Positions 12,401 through 25,734 of a stretch of 64,000 bases of DNA are shown in pieces. Below the pieces are notes generated by a model that saw only the letters and a list, made by a program, of their open reading frames with translations, did not search any database and was not told the DNA's origin. The stretch spans positions 13,329,259 to 13,393,258 of the forward strand of contig NC_083409.1 in assembly GCF_020745735.1 (NCBI RefSeq), given 5' to 3'. Numbering within the stretch: position 1 is the first letter of the stretch; each line of letters begins with the position of its first letter. The stretch is from Hemiscyllium ocellatum (lineage: Eukaryota). A program made the position numbers and the translations under genes.

Positions 12401-12997
12401 ACAGCACCCCCATCCATATATCCCTGCGCTTCTCAAACACAAGGCCTTGAGTAGCATGTGGTAACCCACAAGGAGGCCGAAGCCACATTTAGGAATCTCT
12501 TGAGGCCCTGAGCCATGCTCAGCAAGGGGTGGTCCTGAATGAACAATAATCCCCAGCGATTCACTCACCGCAGGCAACAGTGAAACCATCAGTTGCCAAC
12601 TTTTTCACAAAGAGGTTGAGTCGGACATAGAATGAACAGCCAGCGGAAGTGGTAGATGCAAGTACAGTTACAAAATTCAAAAGGCATTTGGAGAGGGACA
12701 CGAATAGGAAAGGTTGAGGAATATGGGTCAAATGCAGGCTAATTGGACTAGTTTAGTTTGGGAAATTTGGTTGGCATGGACGAGTTGGACCGAAGGGTCC
12801 ATTTCCATGTCGTATGACTCTGATTCCATTCCTTTCAGCCACAGTGGCATTTTGCAATTTCCCCAACGTATGGTGTAATTGAACAAGTCAATGGAGGTTT
12901 TTGGCACCAGGACCACAGTACTCTGTTGGGAAGGTGTTGAGTAGGAGTTGCAATTTAGTGGACATTTAATAAACAAAATACAGAAGAAATATATAAG

Positions 12998-13169
12998 GAA
13001 ATTACTGCAGATGATGGAATCTGTACTGAAAACAACAAATGCTGGAGCTCACAGCAGATGAGGCAGCATCCATGGAGACTGAGCAAGCTAACATTGAGTC
13101 GAGATGACTCTATCAGAGCTCTGATGAGGAGTCATCTCGACTCAAAATGTTAGCTTGCTCTCTCCATGG
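12998..13169. mobile_element. Palindromic Penelope-tail element (second family), degenerate hammerhead cores
   Basis: Inverted repeat 13070-13169 centred on tcagagctctga; CTGATGA-GGAGTC-ATCTC-GACTC-AAAA. Confidence 0.7.
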
Positions 13170-13599
13170 ATTTTTAAAAATAATATGTTTATGGGATGAG
13201 GGTGTCACTGACTAGGCAGCATTTATTGCCCATCCCTAACTGCCCAGAGGGCAGTTCAGAGTCAACCTCATTGCTGTGTGTCTGGAGTAGGCCAAACTAG
13301 GCAAGGATGGTAGTTTCCTACCTAAATGATTTTAGTGAACCAGATGGGTTTTTCCCAACAATCGACCAAGGATTCATAGTCATTTGATTCTTAATTCCAG
13401 ATATTTATTGAATTCAAATCGAACCCGGTTCTCCGGGATGTTATCTGGATCTCTGGATTAACAGTCCAGCAATAATACCACTGGGCCATCACCTCCCCAC
13501 TGTGATCTCCAGGATTTGTTGTTTTCAGTACTCAAGAGATATGTTTTGGATTAATATTGTACTATGTAAAAGCATCCACAGCGAACATAAATAGCCCAC

Positions 13600-13722
13600 C
13601 TCCGATCATGATGTTTGAGTCTGGATGACTCAGTCAGACTGTCTAATAAAGTGGAGTTACGCATTTTAGTGTCTGGTAGTTTCTCTGCAGATCCAGCTGG
13701 TGTTGGGCTGCACTCGTTCTTT
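13600..13722 (-). CDS. CEP350: CEP350 exon (123 nt, phase 2 to 2): KNECSPTPAGSAEKLPDTKMRNSTLLDSLTESSRLKHHDR
   Basis: catcgtag| and |gtgggc; C-terminal end resembles DSYSESSGYKNHDRR; phases fit. Confidence 0.8.
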
Positions 13723-14956
13723 CTACGATGAAACAAAGAAAGAAACAACGATCAGCTACTTCTAGCTAAGTCTCTGGATTCAATTCCACCACAGCCAAAG
13801 CAGTTTTTTTTTAATTCGAACAATTTTTTCAGTGAAGGACATCTCAGCAAGCTCACCATCTCCTGTCTCAGTTCAATGGAAAATGGGATCAATACTGCAA
13901 CACCTACTGTCCCTTAAACAGACTTCCAGCTAAGCTGAGTTTACAATCTTGTTCTTTGACAGGTTGCAACAGGTTTTGCACAAGGGAGCGTGCAGACAGG
14001 ACAAACTTCAATTATATTCAACACAAGCAAAGGCAATTCAGTTTAAATGAGATGGGTTAATTGAGATCAGGCCTCAGGTGAGGATACAAAATAGTCAAGT
14101 TTGGAATTTCCAGAGACCATCAAGATTGTACATTCAATTACTGAAGTTTGTCTCATGTTTCTTTCCTAATCAACACTTCTGGAGCAGGTAGGATTTATCC
14201 AGGCCTCTGGCTCAAAGTTGGAGACATGACCACAGCATCACAAGAGCACTTTGTTTTAGACTGAGTAACTCGTGGGATAATTTGCCCAATTATCTTACTA
14301 ATCTGGAAGATACTGTTACCATCCCAAAGGTGGGAAAAAAGCAAGGTATATAATGGGAGGTAAGATGTTATAACAGTCTCTATCACAAAGTATCTTCCAG
14401 CAGTTTTTTGCTCATCCTTCGATAGTTTGAAATTCTCAAATTTTCTGGCCTACCACCACCTTTGCAGTTTTGTATATCTTTTCTTTCAATTTGATGTCAC
14501 CCACAATTCCTTTAGCTATGCCCCGCTGTTGGCACCTTTTCATTGTGCATTTCTTTTATAAATAAATGTACATTGTTGAGAATTATGAAATAACTGAATA
14601 GGTTCTTCTGCTTTAACATTCTAACCTCTCGTCCCATTCCCATTTAGCTCACTATTACTTTATACCCTTGTGACTGCCTTTAACTTTAGATACTAGTTCA
14701 AGAACCAAATTCCTTCGCCTAAAGCTAAATTCTATTATGCTGCATTGAATCTTACCAAAAGGGTCTTTAATTTTGAACTCATTAATCAATCATATTACCA
14801 AGTCCCTGACTGGTTCCAGAACAAAATGTTTGAAGAAACTGTACAGAGCAGTCTACCTCAAATTGCTGCAGAAGGTAAGAGTGCACAATACTATTTTAAC
14901 TAACAGAGTGCCTTCTGAATACCAGGATTCTGTTAGACCCCCAAAATTACTCTGAG

Positions 14957-15297
14957 CATAGAATAGAATAGAATTCCTACAGTGTGGAAACAGGCCCTTC
15001 GGCCCAACAAATTCACATCAACCCTCTGAAGAGTATCCCAACCAAACCTATCCCTTAACACTATTACTCAACATTTACCCCTGACTAATGCACCAAACCT
15101 GCACATCCCTGAACACTATTGGCGATTTCGCACGGCCAATTCACCTCACCTGCACATCTTTGGATTGTGGGAGAAAACCAGAGCACTCAGAGGAAACCCC
15201 TGCAGACACAGGAGAATGTGCACGGACAGTCATCTGAGGCTGGAGTCACCTGGGTGCCTGGCGCTGTGAGGCAGCAGTGTTAAACACTGAGCCACCT
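14957..15297 (-). mobile_element. Older HE1-type SINE
   Basis: Same core and tail; atagaatag tail repeats. Confidence 0.85.
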
Positions 15298-15459
15298 CCT
15301 TTTTCCTAAAAGACTGAGTGCATTGACCCTGCCTCTCCTGATCACAGATAATAGCAAAAACATCAAAAACTGTGCATCGCATCAAGCAACAAGCCTTAGG
15401 TTATGAAGCCAAGAAGCTTAATATTATTGATCAGGTTTGGGACAGTGTAAAAATCTTAC

Positions 15460-15620
15460 CTGTCAGGTTCAGTTCTGGTTCGAAGTTGGTTCATGAAGTC
15501 TGAATGTTGCTGCCTCTGTTGGTCCAGCAGCACTGTCACTGGCACAGGAGCTGTTCCATGAGGTGGGTTTGTGGCAGTCAGAGATCCTGCTGCAACCTGC
15601 GCACATGCCAACTCAGTCAT
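15460..15620 (-). CDS. CEP350: CEP350 exon (161 nt, phase 0 to 2): MTELACAQV...LLDQQRQQHSDFMNQLRTRTEPDR
   Basis: ggtttag| and |gtaaga; read by hand; matches LYDHQRQHLPDFVKQLRTRTETDR. Confidence 0.9.
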
Positions 15621-16019
15621 CTAAACCAGCAAGAATTAGCACAGCACAGGTTAGAAGACAACTTGGATCACATCTTGCTTTTGAAATCAGAGGCCCCTAC
15701 TCAACCCATCACATGTGTGCCGCCTCTTTGGAATAGCTATTTGGCTAGACCCCTGCTCTCACAATGTTGCAAGTAATTTATTTTTGCAAGTATTCAAATT
15801 AATTCTGGAACTAATCCTGAATCAGCTGCCACCTCCTTTCCAGATGCTCCCAGCTCTTCTGTGAAACAGCAAAAACCAATGAGAACATCATTAAAATTGA
15901 AGCATCCAGTGTTAAAAAATTCACATGCTCCGTCACTGGGATATGATGGGCTTTTTTTCATAACGCTGAGCAAAATGTTATTTGAGGCAGAAAGGAGAAC
16001 TCTAAGAGAAAGGTGAACC

Positions 16020-17520
16020 ACCCGTGGGTAACAAAGGCAGTCAAGGACAGTACCCACAAGGAAAAGAACGACACAGCAGCGGAGGACGAAAAAGGAAAAA
16101 AAAAGATCATGAAATTAAATTGACAAGAAACAAAAATGAATGGCAAAAGTTTCTACAGGTATGTAAAAAGTGAGTAGCTAAAGTGAGCATCAAACCCTTG
16201 GAGGTTCTGATTCAGGAATTGATAATGTGTACAGGGAAAACAGCAGATAATTTAAACCAATATTTTACATTGGTCTTCATGAAGGAGAATACCGTTATCA
16301 TCCCAAAGATAGCAAAAAGCAAGGTATTCGTGGGAGGAAAAATGCTACAACAGTCTTTGTCACAAGGGACAAAGTAATGACAAACTAATAGGATTAAAGG
16401 CAGACAGGACCTAATGTCCTGTATCAAACATTTTTGAAGGCAACTGGCTGCAGAGATATTCAAGGCATCAATTGAATTATTCCCGAATCAGTGGATACAG
16501 GGAGCTTCCAGTGGATTGATGCGCCTGTTCAAGAAGGGAGGGAGACAGAAATCAGGAAAGTTAGTTTAATATCTGTTTTGGCAGAACAGCAGAGTTGATT
16601 ATTAAAGGAAGAAATAGATTTGGAAAAGCTTATCATTAAACATGGTAGACTGGATTTTCTGAAAGGGAACTATATTTGACAAATTTGCTAGAGTTCATTA
16701 AGAAGATAAGAAGTAGGGCAGATAAAGGAGAATCTGATGATGTTCTGTATTTGGATTTTAAAAATGAATTTGATAAGGTGCTACATAAAAGTTAATTGCA
16801 CAAGATAGGAGCTCACGGCATCGGGGGCCATGTATTAGCATGGACTGAGGATTGGCTAACCACAATGGCTGTTGCTGAGACCTCACTTGGAGTACTGTAT
16901 ACAATGTTTGCTCTCATATTTAAGAAAGGATAAACTAGCATTGGAGGCCACTCAAAAAAAGATTCATTTAGTTGCTTCAAGGATGAAAAGGTTGGTCTGT
17001 CAAGAATAGGTCAAGTCATTATTCAATAGAGTCTGGACAAAGGTGGGCGGCACGGTGGCACAGTGGTTAGCACTGCTGCCTCACAGCGCCTGAGACCCGG
17101 GTTCAATTCCCGACTCAGGCGACTGACTGTGTGGAGTTTGCACGTTCTCCCCGTGTCTGCGTGGGTTTCCTCCGGGTGCTCCGGTTTCCTCCCACTGTCC
17201 AAAGATGTGCGGGTCAGGTGAATTGGCCATGCTAAATTGCCCGTAGTGTTAGGTAAGGGGTAAATGTAGGGGTATAGGTGGGTTGCGCTTCGGCGGGTCG
17301 GTGTGGACTTGTTGGGCCGAAGGGCCTGTTTCCACACTGTAAGTCTAATCTAAGTCTAATCTAAAAATAACGGGTGATCTTATGGAAACAATGAGGAGCT
17401 TGACAGGGGTTGATGTTGACTAGATGTTATGGAACCAGTGAAGTCTCAACCCAGGGGACATTACAGAAGGGAACATTCATTTTAAAAAAAAGGAAAGATT
17501 TTTTTCTCTCTCTCAGTGAA
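16020..17520 (+). mobile_element. CR1-clade LINE fragments (degraded, with deletions)
   Basis: Remnants of the YLDFxxAFDKV motif (gtatttggattttaaaaatgaatttgataaggtg) and CR1 3' region. Confidence 0.75.
17045..17363 (+). mobile_element. HE1-type tRNA-derived SINE, full length, inserted in a CR1 LINE fragment
   Basis: A box tggcacagtgg, B box ggttcaattcc, V-domain-like core ctgcgtgggtttcctccgggtgctccggtttcctccca, CR1-like tail and ctaat repeats. Confidence 0.92.
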
Positions 17521-18731
17521 TGGCTAGAATTCTCTCGCCCAAAAAATTGTGACAGCTAAATGGGGTAGGGGAATGGGTCTGGTGGGTTACTCTTTGGAGG
17601 GTGGGTGTGGACTTGCTCAGCCGAAGAGCCTGTTTCCACACAGTAGGGATTCTATGATTCTATATCAAATTATTTTAAAAGAGGGTAGATAGAGTTTTGA
17701 AATATTAAGCAGTTGGGGGCTATGAGGATCAAGCATAAAAGACAAGTTGAGGCCTGGTTTGGCCCAGCCATGATCTGATAGAATGGGGGAGCAAGCTCAA
17801 GGGAACGAATACCCTACTCCAGCTCCGATTCCTTGAGGCTCCATTTCATGCTTTCTTTTCTCCAAAGGGGAGCATGAGACAATGTGTTAAAAGATCTCAG
17901 ACATTGTGAAAAGGAGTGAAAATGGGGTGTTTATGTGTTGATTCCGATGGCATTTATCAATCAATCACAGCTATGCAGTCATGAATACGAAGGCAATTCC
18001 CTCCATGAATAAAGGAAACCTACTACAGAGCTCATCCAACGGGAATCTTACCTTCAGTAAACTCTTCCATCACATGACCCAAAATTGCACCCTCAGCTGT
18101 TTACTTATTTGTTCACTTCCAGACATGACTATCCCAATGTTCTCTTGACTGAACTTTCATCAACTTCAACATATTCAGAAGTTCCACTTACTGCACCCTC
18201 TTTCCAAGCCCCTTTTACCCACGATCCTTGTACTTGCTGATTCATGACTTGCCAACAGCTTCAGTATAAGAAGTCCTGTCCTTCCGGACATATTTTTCCT
18301 TTCTATCTCTGCAATTTCCTTCAATCCTCGAAATTTTTGAAGTGTCTACGTTCCCCATTTTAGCATTTTCATTTTCACCACCCCAGCTCAGCACTGAAGC
18401 TTTCAGCTGCATGGTCATCAGCTATGCAACTCTGTCCTAACGCAGTTCAAATAGTAACATTTTCTTCCTTTCCAACATTCTATCTCACCTATTTCTTTGA
18501 CCAAGCAGTTGGTCATCTTTCTTAATATCATATGGTATGCTGTTAAGCTTTGCCCTGCTCTTCCTTGACAGTTTACTACATTCGAGGAATGAAATAATTT
18601 CAAGCTGCAGTGACAATTAACTCAATGCAGCAACTGTATGAGAGAAATTCCTGCAAAATTCCAGAAAGTACTGGCTCTTCAGCATGACTGGGGGAAAGGG
18701 CCATCTTGCCAAGTACACTAGAAGAAAGTAC

Positions 18732-18863
18732 CTCTGTAACCTGACGTGCTGTATCAGCCATCAGCCTTGCAAGTTCCACCTGCTGAGTGATCATTTTAGT
18801 TGTGGACTCTTGCAGCATCTCTTGGCGAACCTGTACAAACTGCTGCAGACTTTCTGCACATGC
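18732..18863 (-). CDS. CEP350: CEP350 exon (132 nt, phase 0 to 0): ACAESLQQFVQVRQEMLQESTTKMITQQVELARLMADTARQVTE
   Basis: gtactcag| and |gtactt; matches HAESLQQVVQ...ARLTTDAARQICE. Confidence 0.88.
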
Positions 18864-21708
18864 CTGAGTACACAAAGAGAGGTTTTCACGTCCAGCAATT
18901 GATAATTCAGATACTTTAATCAAGAGACAGAGCACTATTAAAATGCAATGTGAAATTGACTTATGATCCAGGAAGCACACTGCATTCAACTTGCATCATG
19001 TTTCATCATGCAACATAAGCTCACTGACACGGCTTCTGTTTTACAATCAAGCTTTTAAGCCTTTCCCTCTCCTCCAACGTCACATATAAGCACAGTAACC
19101 TAGTCATCGTGTGATTTTGTTTTTTTGATTTCCAGTATTTGCAGTTCTTTGGTTTTATTTTAATTTAACCTGGTCATGGTATTGCGAGATTGTTTCCATG
19201 ATGGGGAGATGTATTCAACCTTAAAACTAAAAACCAGACCATTCAGAACTGAAAAATCAGGAATTAATTATTTAATTCATTCTCAGGATGTAGAAATCCC
19301 TGACACTGACTGTCCAACCACAACTGGCATTAAAAGGTGAAAGTTAGTGATCTTCTTAAACCACGGCAACCCATGTGGCTGCAAGGTACTCCCAATGTAT
19401 GTCAGACCATTGTAGGCAGCAAAGGAAGAGCAATATATTTTAAAGTCATAATTATATGTGGCATTCCCAGGCATTTGCTACCCTGTTCTTCCAGACAGAA
19501 TAGGTCATGAGTCTAGGTCTGTCAAAGGAGCCTTCAGTGAGGTATTGCAGAGCATCTTATAGATGGTGCACCTTGTTGCTACCGTATACTGATGACAGAG
19601 GGAATAGGCACTTAAGGTGGTGGACATGATTCAAATCATGCTGATGTTTTGTAATGGTTGATGTTGAGCTTCCCGAGTATCGCGAGAACTGCACTCCTCC
19701 AGGTAAGTGGGGAGTATTCCATCATAATGCTTTCCTAGACCTGTTCATCTCTCAGCTCCATTTCCTCCTTTAAACACTCCTTAAAATCCAACTTCACCAA
19801 AATTTTGAATATCTTGCATGACTTAGCATAAACTTTTCCATTTGATGCTTTTTTGAAATATTTTGAGATACTTTATTATTTTAAATGCTTTTTTCCAGCA
19901 AATTGCTGTGATGAGATGATACTTTTATTTTGCATGTGTTTTGAGGGATAAGGCTGATGAAAAGCGAAAGGGCATTTCGGTATAAGCAAATTTAAACTCA
20001 GTTGCATCAGAGAATTAAGAGGCTGATTGTTCTACTCTTGTTCCTAGATCCCAATGACAAGTTGTGAATATGCATTCCACAATTCTGGTGATCTCTCGGT
20101 AGGCCATTGCTTGCTAGCATAGTCCTCAACTGAAGAACAATTCAAAAAAAGCTGCAGTCTATTTTTATTGCCATGATCTTTATTGGTCAAGTGGATACTC
20201 CTTATTTTCATGGTTCTACTCTCTCTGTGTGGGTTCTACCAAAAAAATCGCAAATATGGCATCAGAGGCAGTTCTGCTCTATGTTCCTCAGATGGGGACA
20301 ATCTGAAGCAAAAACTGCCGTTTAAAGAAGCTAAAGTTTTCACGGTGTCATTGACATCTTCAGGTCATTGCAAAGTCCTTCTCAGCTAATGGAGTTCTTT
20401 CAAAATATAGTCACGCTGTCCAAGAAGGGCCTTTTGACAAGCTCCTAAAAAGACAGCATCGACAATAGTGAGGAATTCATATTGAGCAGGATAACAGGAG
20501 AACTCCCTTAGACTTCTTCAAGTATTAAAACGGATCTTCTCTATCCACTGGAATAGAAGATGGGAATTTGCTTTAACGTCTTGCCTGAAAGGTGTCATCT
20601 CTAAGAATGCAGCAGTCCTGCTCTAGATTGAGTGCGTATGGTCAGCTTCCATTCAAGTCGAAGCATGGGGCTTGAAACAAAAATGTTTTCATTCAGAGGC
20701 AGCTGCATTCACAATGAGATAAACTGACATTTGTATCACACCTTTATACTATAACATCCCATGGACGTTGACAGGAACATGATTACAGAATATGACAAGT
20801 AGCCACATAAGAAGTGCTCAGATAAAACATAGTTTTTAAGGAGCTTCTTGAAGAAAGACAGAGACACATTCAGGTTCAGTAAACAAATGTCAGTGCCTGG
20901 ATGGTCAATAGTTGAAGGAGCCACTGTCAATCAGACACTAAAATAGGCGGCAGTCTTTTTTTGAATTGTTCGTGGGTTGAGGGCTATGCCAGCAAGCAGG
21001 CCTTTATGGCCCACCTCGAGATCACCAGAATTACAGAATGCAAATTCACGACTTGTCATTAAGGCATTAAATCACAGGAGCAAGCTTGCACAAGTAACTA
21101 AGAACAATAGCAAGGATTATTTTGATTAAGATTTCTGACTCTTAAGATACAGAATTCCAAGAGGTAAAAACACAGGAACCTGCAACCTTCCAAACTTACT
21201 CACCCAAATCAAAGTCAGCATGACCTCCCTTTGTCCCATTCCTGTAACCTGCTCCAGCCCTATAACCTCCCTCATCATCTACATTCCTGATGTCATCTTG
21301 TTCAACCCCACTCCATCAAGTTGTGTGTCTCAGTCTTTAGAATTCACTCCTTAAGGTCTTACAATCTGTCCAGGTTTTCTAAAGAATCTCTGAAATGTTA
21401 ACTCTTCTTTCTTCCCACAGATGCTGTTGAGTGTCACCAGCAAACTATGTTTTTGCTTCTAAAACTGTACCTTCTCCTGTCCCCATGGTCTGGGCCTGTC
21501 ATTGATTTTCATGATGACATCTTCATAATGTGCTTTTGTTGAGTGGGGCAGTTTACCGGTGGAACAGAACAGGGCAGGGGTGGAGAGAGGTTTGGCTTCA
21601 ATGTTAAAGGCACTTTATAATTATAATTTGTTTATTCTTATTGCACGGTGAGAAGCAGTCAACACTGAATTATTTGCATTTCCAGACACCTGTTACATGT
21701 TCAAGTAC

Positions 21709-21819
21709 CTGTACAGCTTTCTGTCTGGCCTCCTCTAGCTGCCTCTGACTTGCAGCAGCTTCCTGCTCGGCCTTCAGCTTCAGCAGGGCTATGTCGTGCT
21801 CATGGCTCAGCTGTTGGGC
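21709..21819 (-). CDS. CEP350: CEP350 exon (111 nt, phase 0 to 0): AQQLSHEHDIALLKLKAEQEAAASQRQLEEARQKAVQ
   Basis: gtgtccag| and |gtactt; read by hand (below the ORF-track size cutoff); matches AQQQRHERDLALLKLKAEQEALESQRQLEE. Confidence 0.93.
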
Positions 21820-22360
21820 CTGGACACAAACAAAGATTAAATAGGAACCATCACTCTACATTCCACTGCTCTGCTCTGTGAAAAACTGGTATTTAAATTT
21901 GCAGTGTCCAGAGAGAGAGAGAGTAACAATTGAAATGCAAAGGCATCAAAATCTTAAGAGTAACAAATGACAAGATTTTAATCAATTAATTTTAATATTA
22001 CAACTTTATAAATAAAAAAAATTTTCTCATAAATCTCATCATAATGGCTCAAATTTTAGAAAGCTGAAATTTCTTGAAAACTTGGCAAGTTTGCCCTGCT
22101 TCTATCAGTCAACTTGGAAAGTGCAGTCATGCGCAGGTTCGATGCTAATATCTGCACATTTAAGATTAGGCATTGTCCTAAATCACAACCCAAGGGTAAG
22201 TAAATTTAATCTCTAGTTTTGGAATAATCTTTGTTTTGCCTGATTTAACTGAAGAACGTTGCTCAGAATGTTGCCTGGTTTGGAAAACGAGCGCAGCCAT
22301 TATCACTTAAGACAATTTCACAAAACCATTTCTGAAAGAGCACAAGGCATAAACCTGTAC

Positions 22361-22524
22361 CTTTAGGATCTGAGCCAACGACACAGTCTCTTGTTGAGCA
22401 AAGGCTATTCCCCGGGTCATGTCTATCTCCGATAGCTGACGGATGGACTCTTCCATAGCATCCAAGTAAGTGTGTTGAGCAGTCATGTGGTGTTGGGTAC
22501 TTGGTGGGGAGCTGAGCATCGAGG
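22361..22524 (-). CDS. CEP350: CEP350 exon (164 nt, phase 1 to 0): ...TYLDAMEESIRQLSEIDMTRGIAFAQQETVSLAQILK
   Basis: ttattgcag| and |gtacag; matches recalled YLNAIEESVRQLSDVERVRGISLAQQESVSLAQIIK. Confidence 0.92.
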
Positions 22525-23418
22525 CTGCAATAACCAAAGTGAAAAGTGTAATTCCAACTTTTACAATTAGTTCAATAATGCATTGGGATCATAGGGTTAA
22601 CTGCACGCCTCTCCAGGATTCAAAACAAGTTCGGGAACTGCGTAAAAAAATGACAAGGGACAAGACATTGAAATTTTCATGAGATTCACAGGATAAAACA
22701 AATAGCAAAGCGTGCGGAAAATCCAAACCCAATCATTGTATTTGGGTCCTGGTGAATGATCAGGAATGCAACAAAGGTTCACCAGACTTGTTTCTAGGAC
22801 ATTCTCATGGAGAGAGATTGGGAAAACTGGACCTGCATTCTCCAGCATTTTGAATTGATTTCATTGAAATCTACAAAATACTTAAAGGGTAGATGTAGGT
22901 AATGTTTCCCCCGTTGGGGAGTCTAGGACTGGTGGGACAACTTATAAGTGAGACCATGTCATAAGTCTGAGCTGATGATAATTCTGTTGTTACTTCAGGG
23001 TCATGAATCTTTTGGAGTTCACTGCCACAGAGAGTTGTGAAAGCATAGTCATCAATTATGTTTTATGTAAAAATTGACGGATTTGATTTCCAACAGTGTA
23101 TGGGGTGATGGGAACAGGGTGGCTAAAACGATACAGAAGCACTGATCAGCCATGATTATACTGAATGACAGGGGATGGCTCAACAGGCCGAATAGCCTAC
23201 TTCTGCTTAATGTTCCTCAGACAGGATCCGACCACTTGAATGGAAAAGCACCTGCTTCCACGTCACGTGGCACCTCACCATTTCATCCAGTCATCACTAT
23301 GCCTGTCACTTCAACTTGGTTGTCTACTTACTCAGGGTTTTTTTTTAAACTACTCCAATGGAGACGGTTGGGACAAACCAATGACAGTTACAGAAAACAT
23401 GATTCCAAGAGTTCCAAC

Positions 23419-23627
23419 CTGCAGCAGAGGATGTGGAGGGCCAGGCTGCAGTAACACTGATGTCGGCTAGAGAAGGTGAAGGTGTGGAGGTAGTAGCACG
23501 CAGCTGCCTTGTCCCCTCTCTGGATGTTATCACTGCGTCATTCTGAAAAGGGCTCTGAGACATGGAACTCACAGAGGAATGGAACAATGAAGAGCTTGTG
23601 CTTTTCTTTGATGACTTCCCGTGAGCA
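23419..23627 (-). CDS. CEP350: Probable CEP350 Ser-rich exon (209 nt, phase 2 to 1): SAHGKSSKKSTSSSL...WPSTSSAA
   Basis: gcttttcag| acceptor, weak |gttgga donor. Open frame whose phases fit both neighbouring exons. Positional and compositional match only, because this region is poorly conserved. Confidence 0.6.
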
Positions 23628-24389
23628 CTGAAAGCACAAAATTTACACAATCACAAATGTTGACAACTGCCAAAATGAGACATCACTTAAACCATTTAAC
23701 ACTGCAGATTTCATGCCATCAAGTATCTGTTTGCTGAAGCTCTGCTTTAAACAATCTGTTGGACTCGGTCGGCATTAGGGATAAACAGAGTCGAAAAGTG
23801 TGGCACTGGAAAAGCACAGCATGTCAGGCAGCATCCAAAGAGGAGACTCCATGATTCCGGCACAAGCCCTTCATGAGGATAAACAGTCATCCTTACTGGA
23901 TGGGCCCATGTTCCCTCTACTATTCCCAAAAGCCAATCTTCTACAATACCATTCCCACTCTTAAATTTAAACAACAATGTACTGACTGGACACAGCAGCC
24001 TAAAGGCTGATTAACCTGCCAAACCTGACAACCCAGACAACAGCTTCGCAACATACTTGCCAAGGCCTAAAAGGCCCTTTGGGTTTACCAATCCATTTGA
24101 GTCATCAAGAGGATTCATCAGTGACTACCATCACACTAGCCACCGTATGGCTGGTAGCTCTCTGGGATACCAGAGGAAAAATAAAGGACAATGACATCAC
24201 ATGCACATCAGCAGACAGCACACAATTATACAAGATATGAAGAGTTTCCAAAATCACATACACTAAATAAAGCAAATGCTCACTGATGACAATTTCCCCT
24301 TGATGAAGTCCAAAAAATGCCAAGAACCCAACTTCTATGAGCAGCAAGGAGAATTCACCCCAGCTCAACATATGTTGGACTATCCCGTG

Positions 24390-24568
24390 CAGGAGAAAAT
24401 GAGGACTTCAGATGCTGGAGATCAGAGCTGCAAAATGTGTTGCTGGAAAAGTGCAGCAGGTCAGGCAGCATCAAAGGAGCAGGAGAATCGACGTTTCGGG
24501 CATAAGCCTGAAGAAGTGCTAATGCTCGAAACGTCAATTCTCCTGCTCCTTTGATGCTGCCTGACCTA
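24390..24568. mobile_element. Penelope tail with short inverted segment
   Basis: Same tail family as 9146 and 36547; cctgaagaagtgctaatgctcgaaacgtc is a degenerate hammerhead core. Confidence 0.7.
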
Positions 24569-25562
24569 TCCAGTGTAGGCTTACTAAAATATACTGAGTA
24601 TCTGGATTATTTACGTGGTACTAATACCACTCGGCCATCGCCTCCCCTTGAAATGAAACTGTAACTTTATTAATTTGGTGACTTCCATAACTTCACTTTG
24701 TATTTTCCATCTACTTACTGTCTCTTCCACCAGTAGAAGCAGTTCTTCCAACATCCTGACCAGGTTTGAGGTCTCCTCTGAACCACTATTCAATCAAAAT
24801 GATCAGCAATTTATCGAATCTCTCTTGATTACTATAATCAGCGAATGTCAAGTTAACACTTTCTGGTTCCTGTGCACAGCCTTGAAGTCCTTCCTGAATT
24901 AGTGTTCCCAATACTGGGGACAACATTCTAACTGTAGCTTAACCAGTAATTTGTGATGGTTTAACATCATTCATTTTTGTACTCCAGTCCCAATTTATAA
25001 AAGCTTAATGGCTCTGATGAACTGATGATGATCTAAATACTGCACAAGGCTGAGCTTCACTAACATATCTCCATTAATAGTTGGTTTCACAGAGCAGTGA
25101 GCATTGAATAAAAAACAAATAGAATCAACTAAGGTGGGCTACACGGCAAAGGATTCTTGTAACCACGTTTTATTATTATTATTCCATATTTGAAATTGTG
25201 CCCATGTTTCAGGTTACTGGCAGACCCCAGTTTACAAATGGTTTCTTTTCTAGAGTGCATCTGCAAGTCAATTGGTGCACAAGTTGTAACACACTGTAAA
25301 AAGTCATAAGCACAGAAAATGTTTGTGTGCAAGATATTTAAAATTACACCCTCGGATGAGATTACGTGTGAAAGAACAAGCATTCTGAAGCCTGGGATCC
25401 TCTATGTATCTATCCTGCCACTGTTGACTCTGTTGTGATTTGAGTGTCAGAAGAGTGCAACTATAAGCTGTCAAGCAGGTATTGGTTGTTTCTAATATAT
25501 GCACAGCTTCAGGAATTGATAACAGAAAGTGACCGACAGAAGGTACATACGCCTGGTCATAC

Positions 25563-25734
25563 CTATATGCAGTTAATGGATCTCTGAATTCATCTCGACT
25601 GCTCTTCATAATATTACTTTCCAGGGTGGTAGATCGCAAGGGACTGCGGGAGGTGTTGACCTTCCGTGATTTGCTACGACTACTGGATTTGACAGATGTA
25701 GCACTGGCTACAGAATCCTCCAGATACCTTCCAT
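25563..25734 (-). CDS. CEP350: CEP350 exon (172 nt, phase 1 to 2): DGRYLEDS...SRSPLRSTTLESN...EFRDPLTAYR
   Basis: ttctatcag| acceptor, |gtatga donor; matches recalled DGRYLDDS...SRSPLRATTLESN...EFREPLVSYR. Confidence 0.92.

Noticed and set aside
17045-17115. tRNA gene
   Set aside because: A and B boxes belong to the SINE head; no complete cloverleaf.
22619-22860. Plus-strand exon-like DSKQVRELRKKM...
   Set aside because: Early stop, no donor, and it runs into CR1 sequence.
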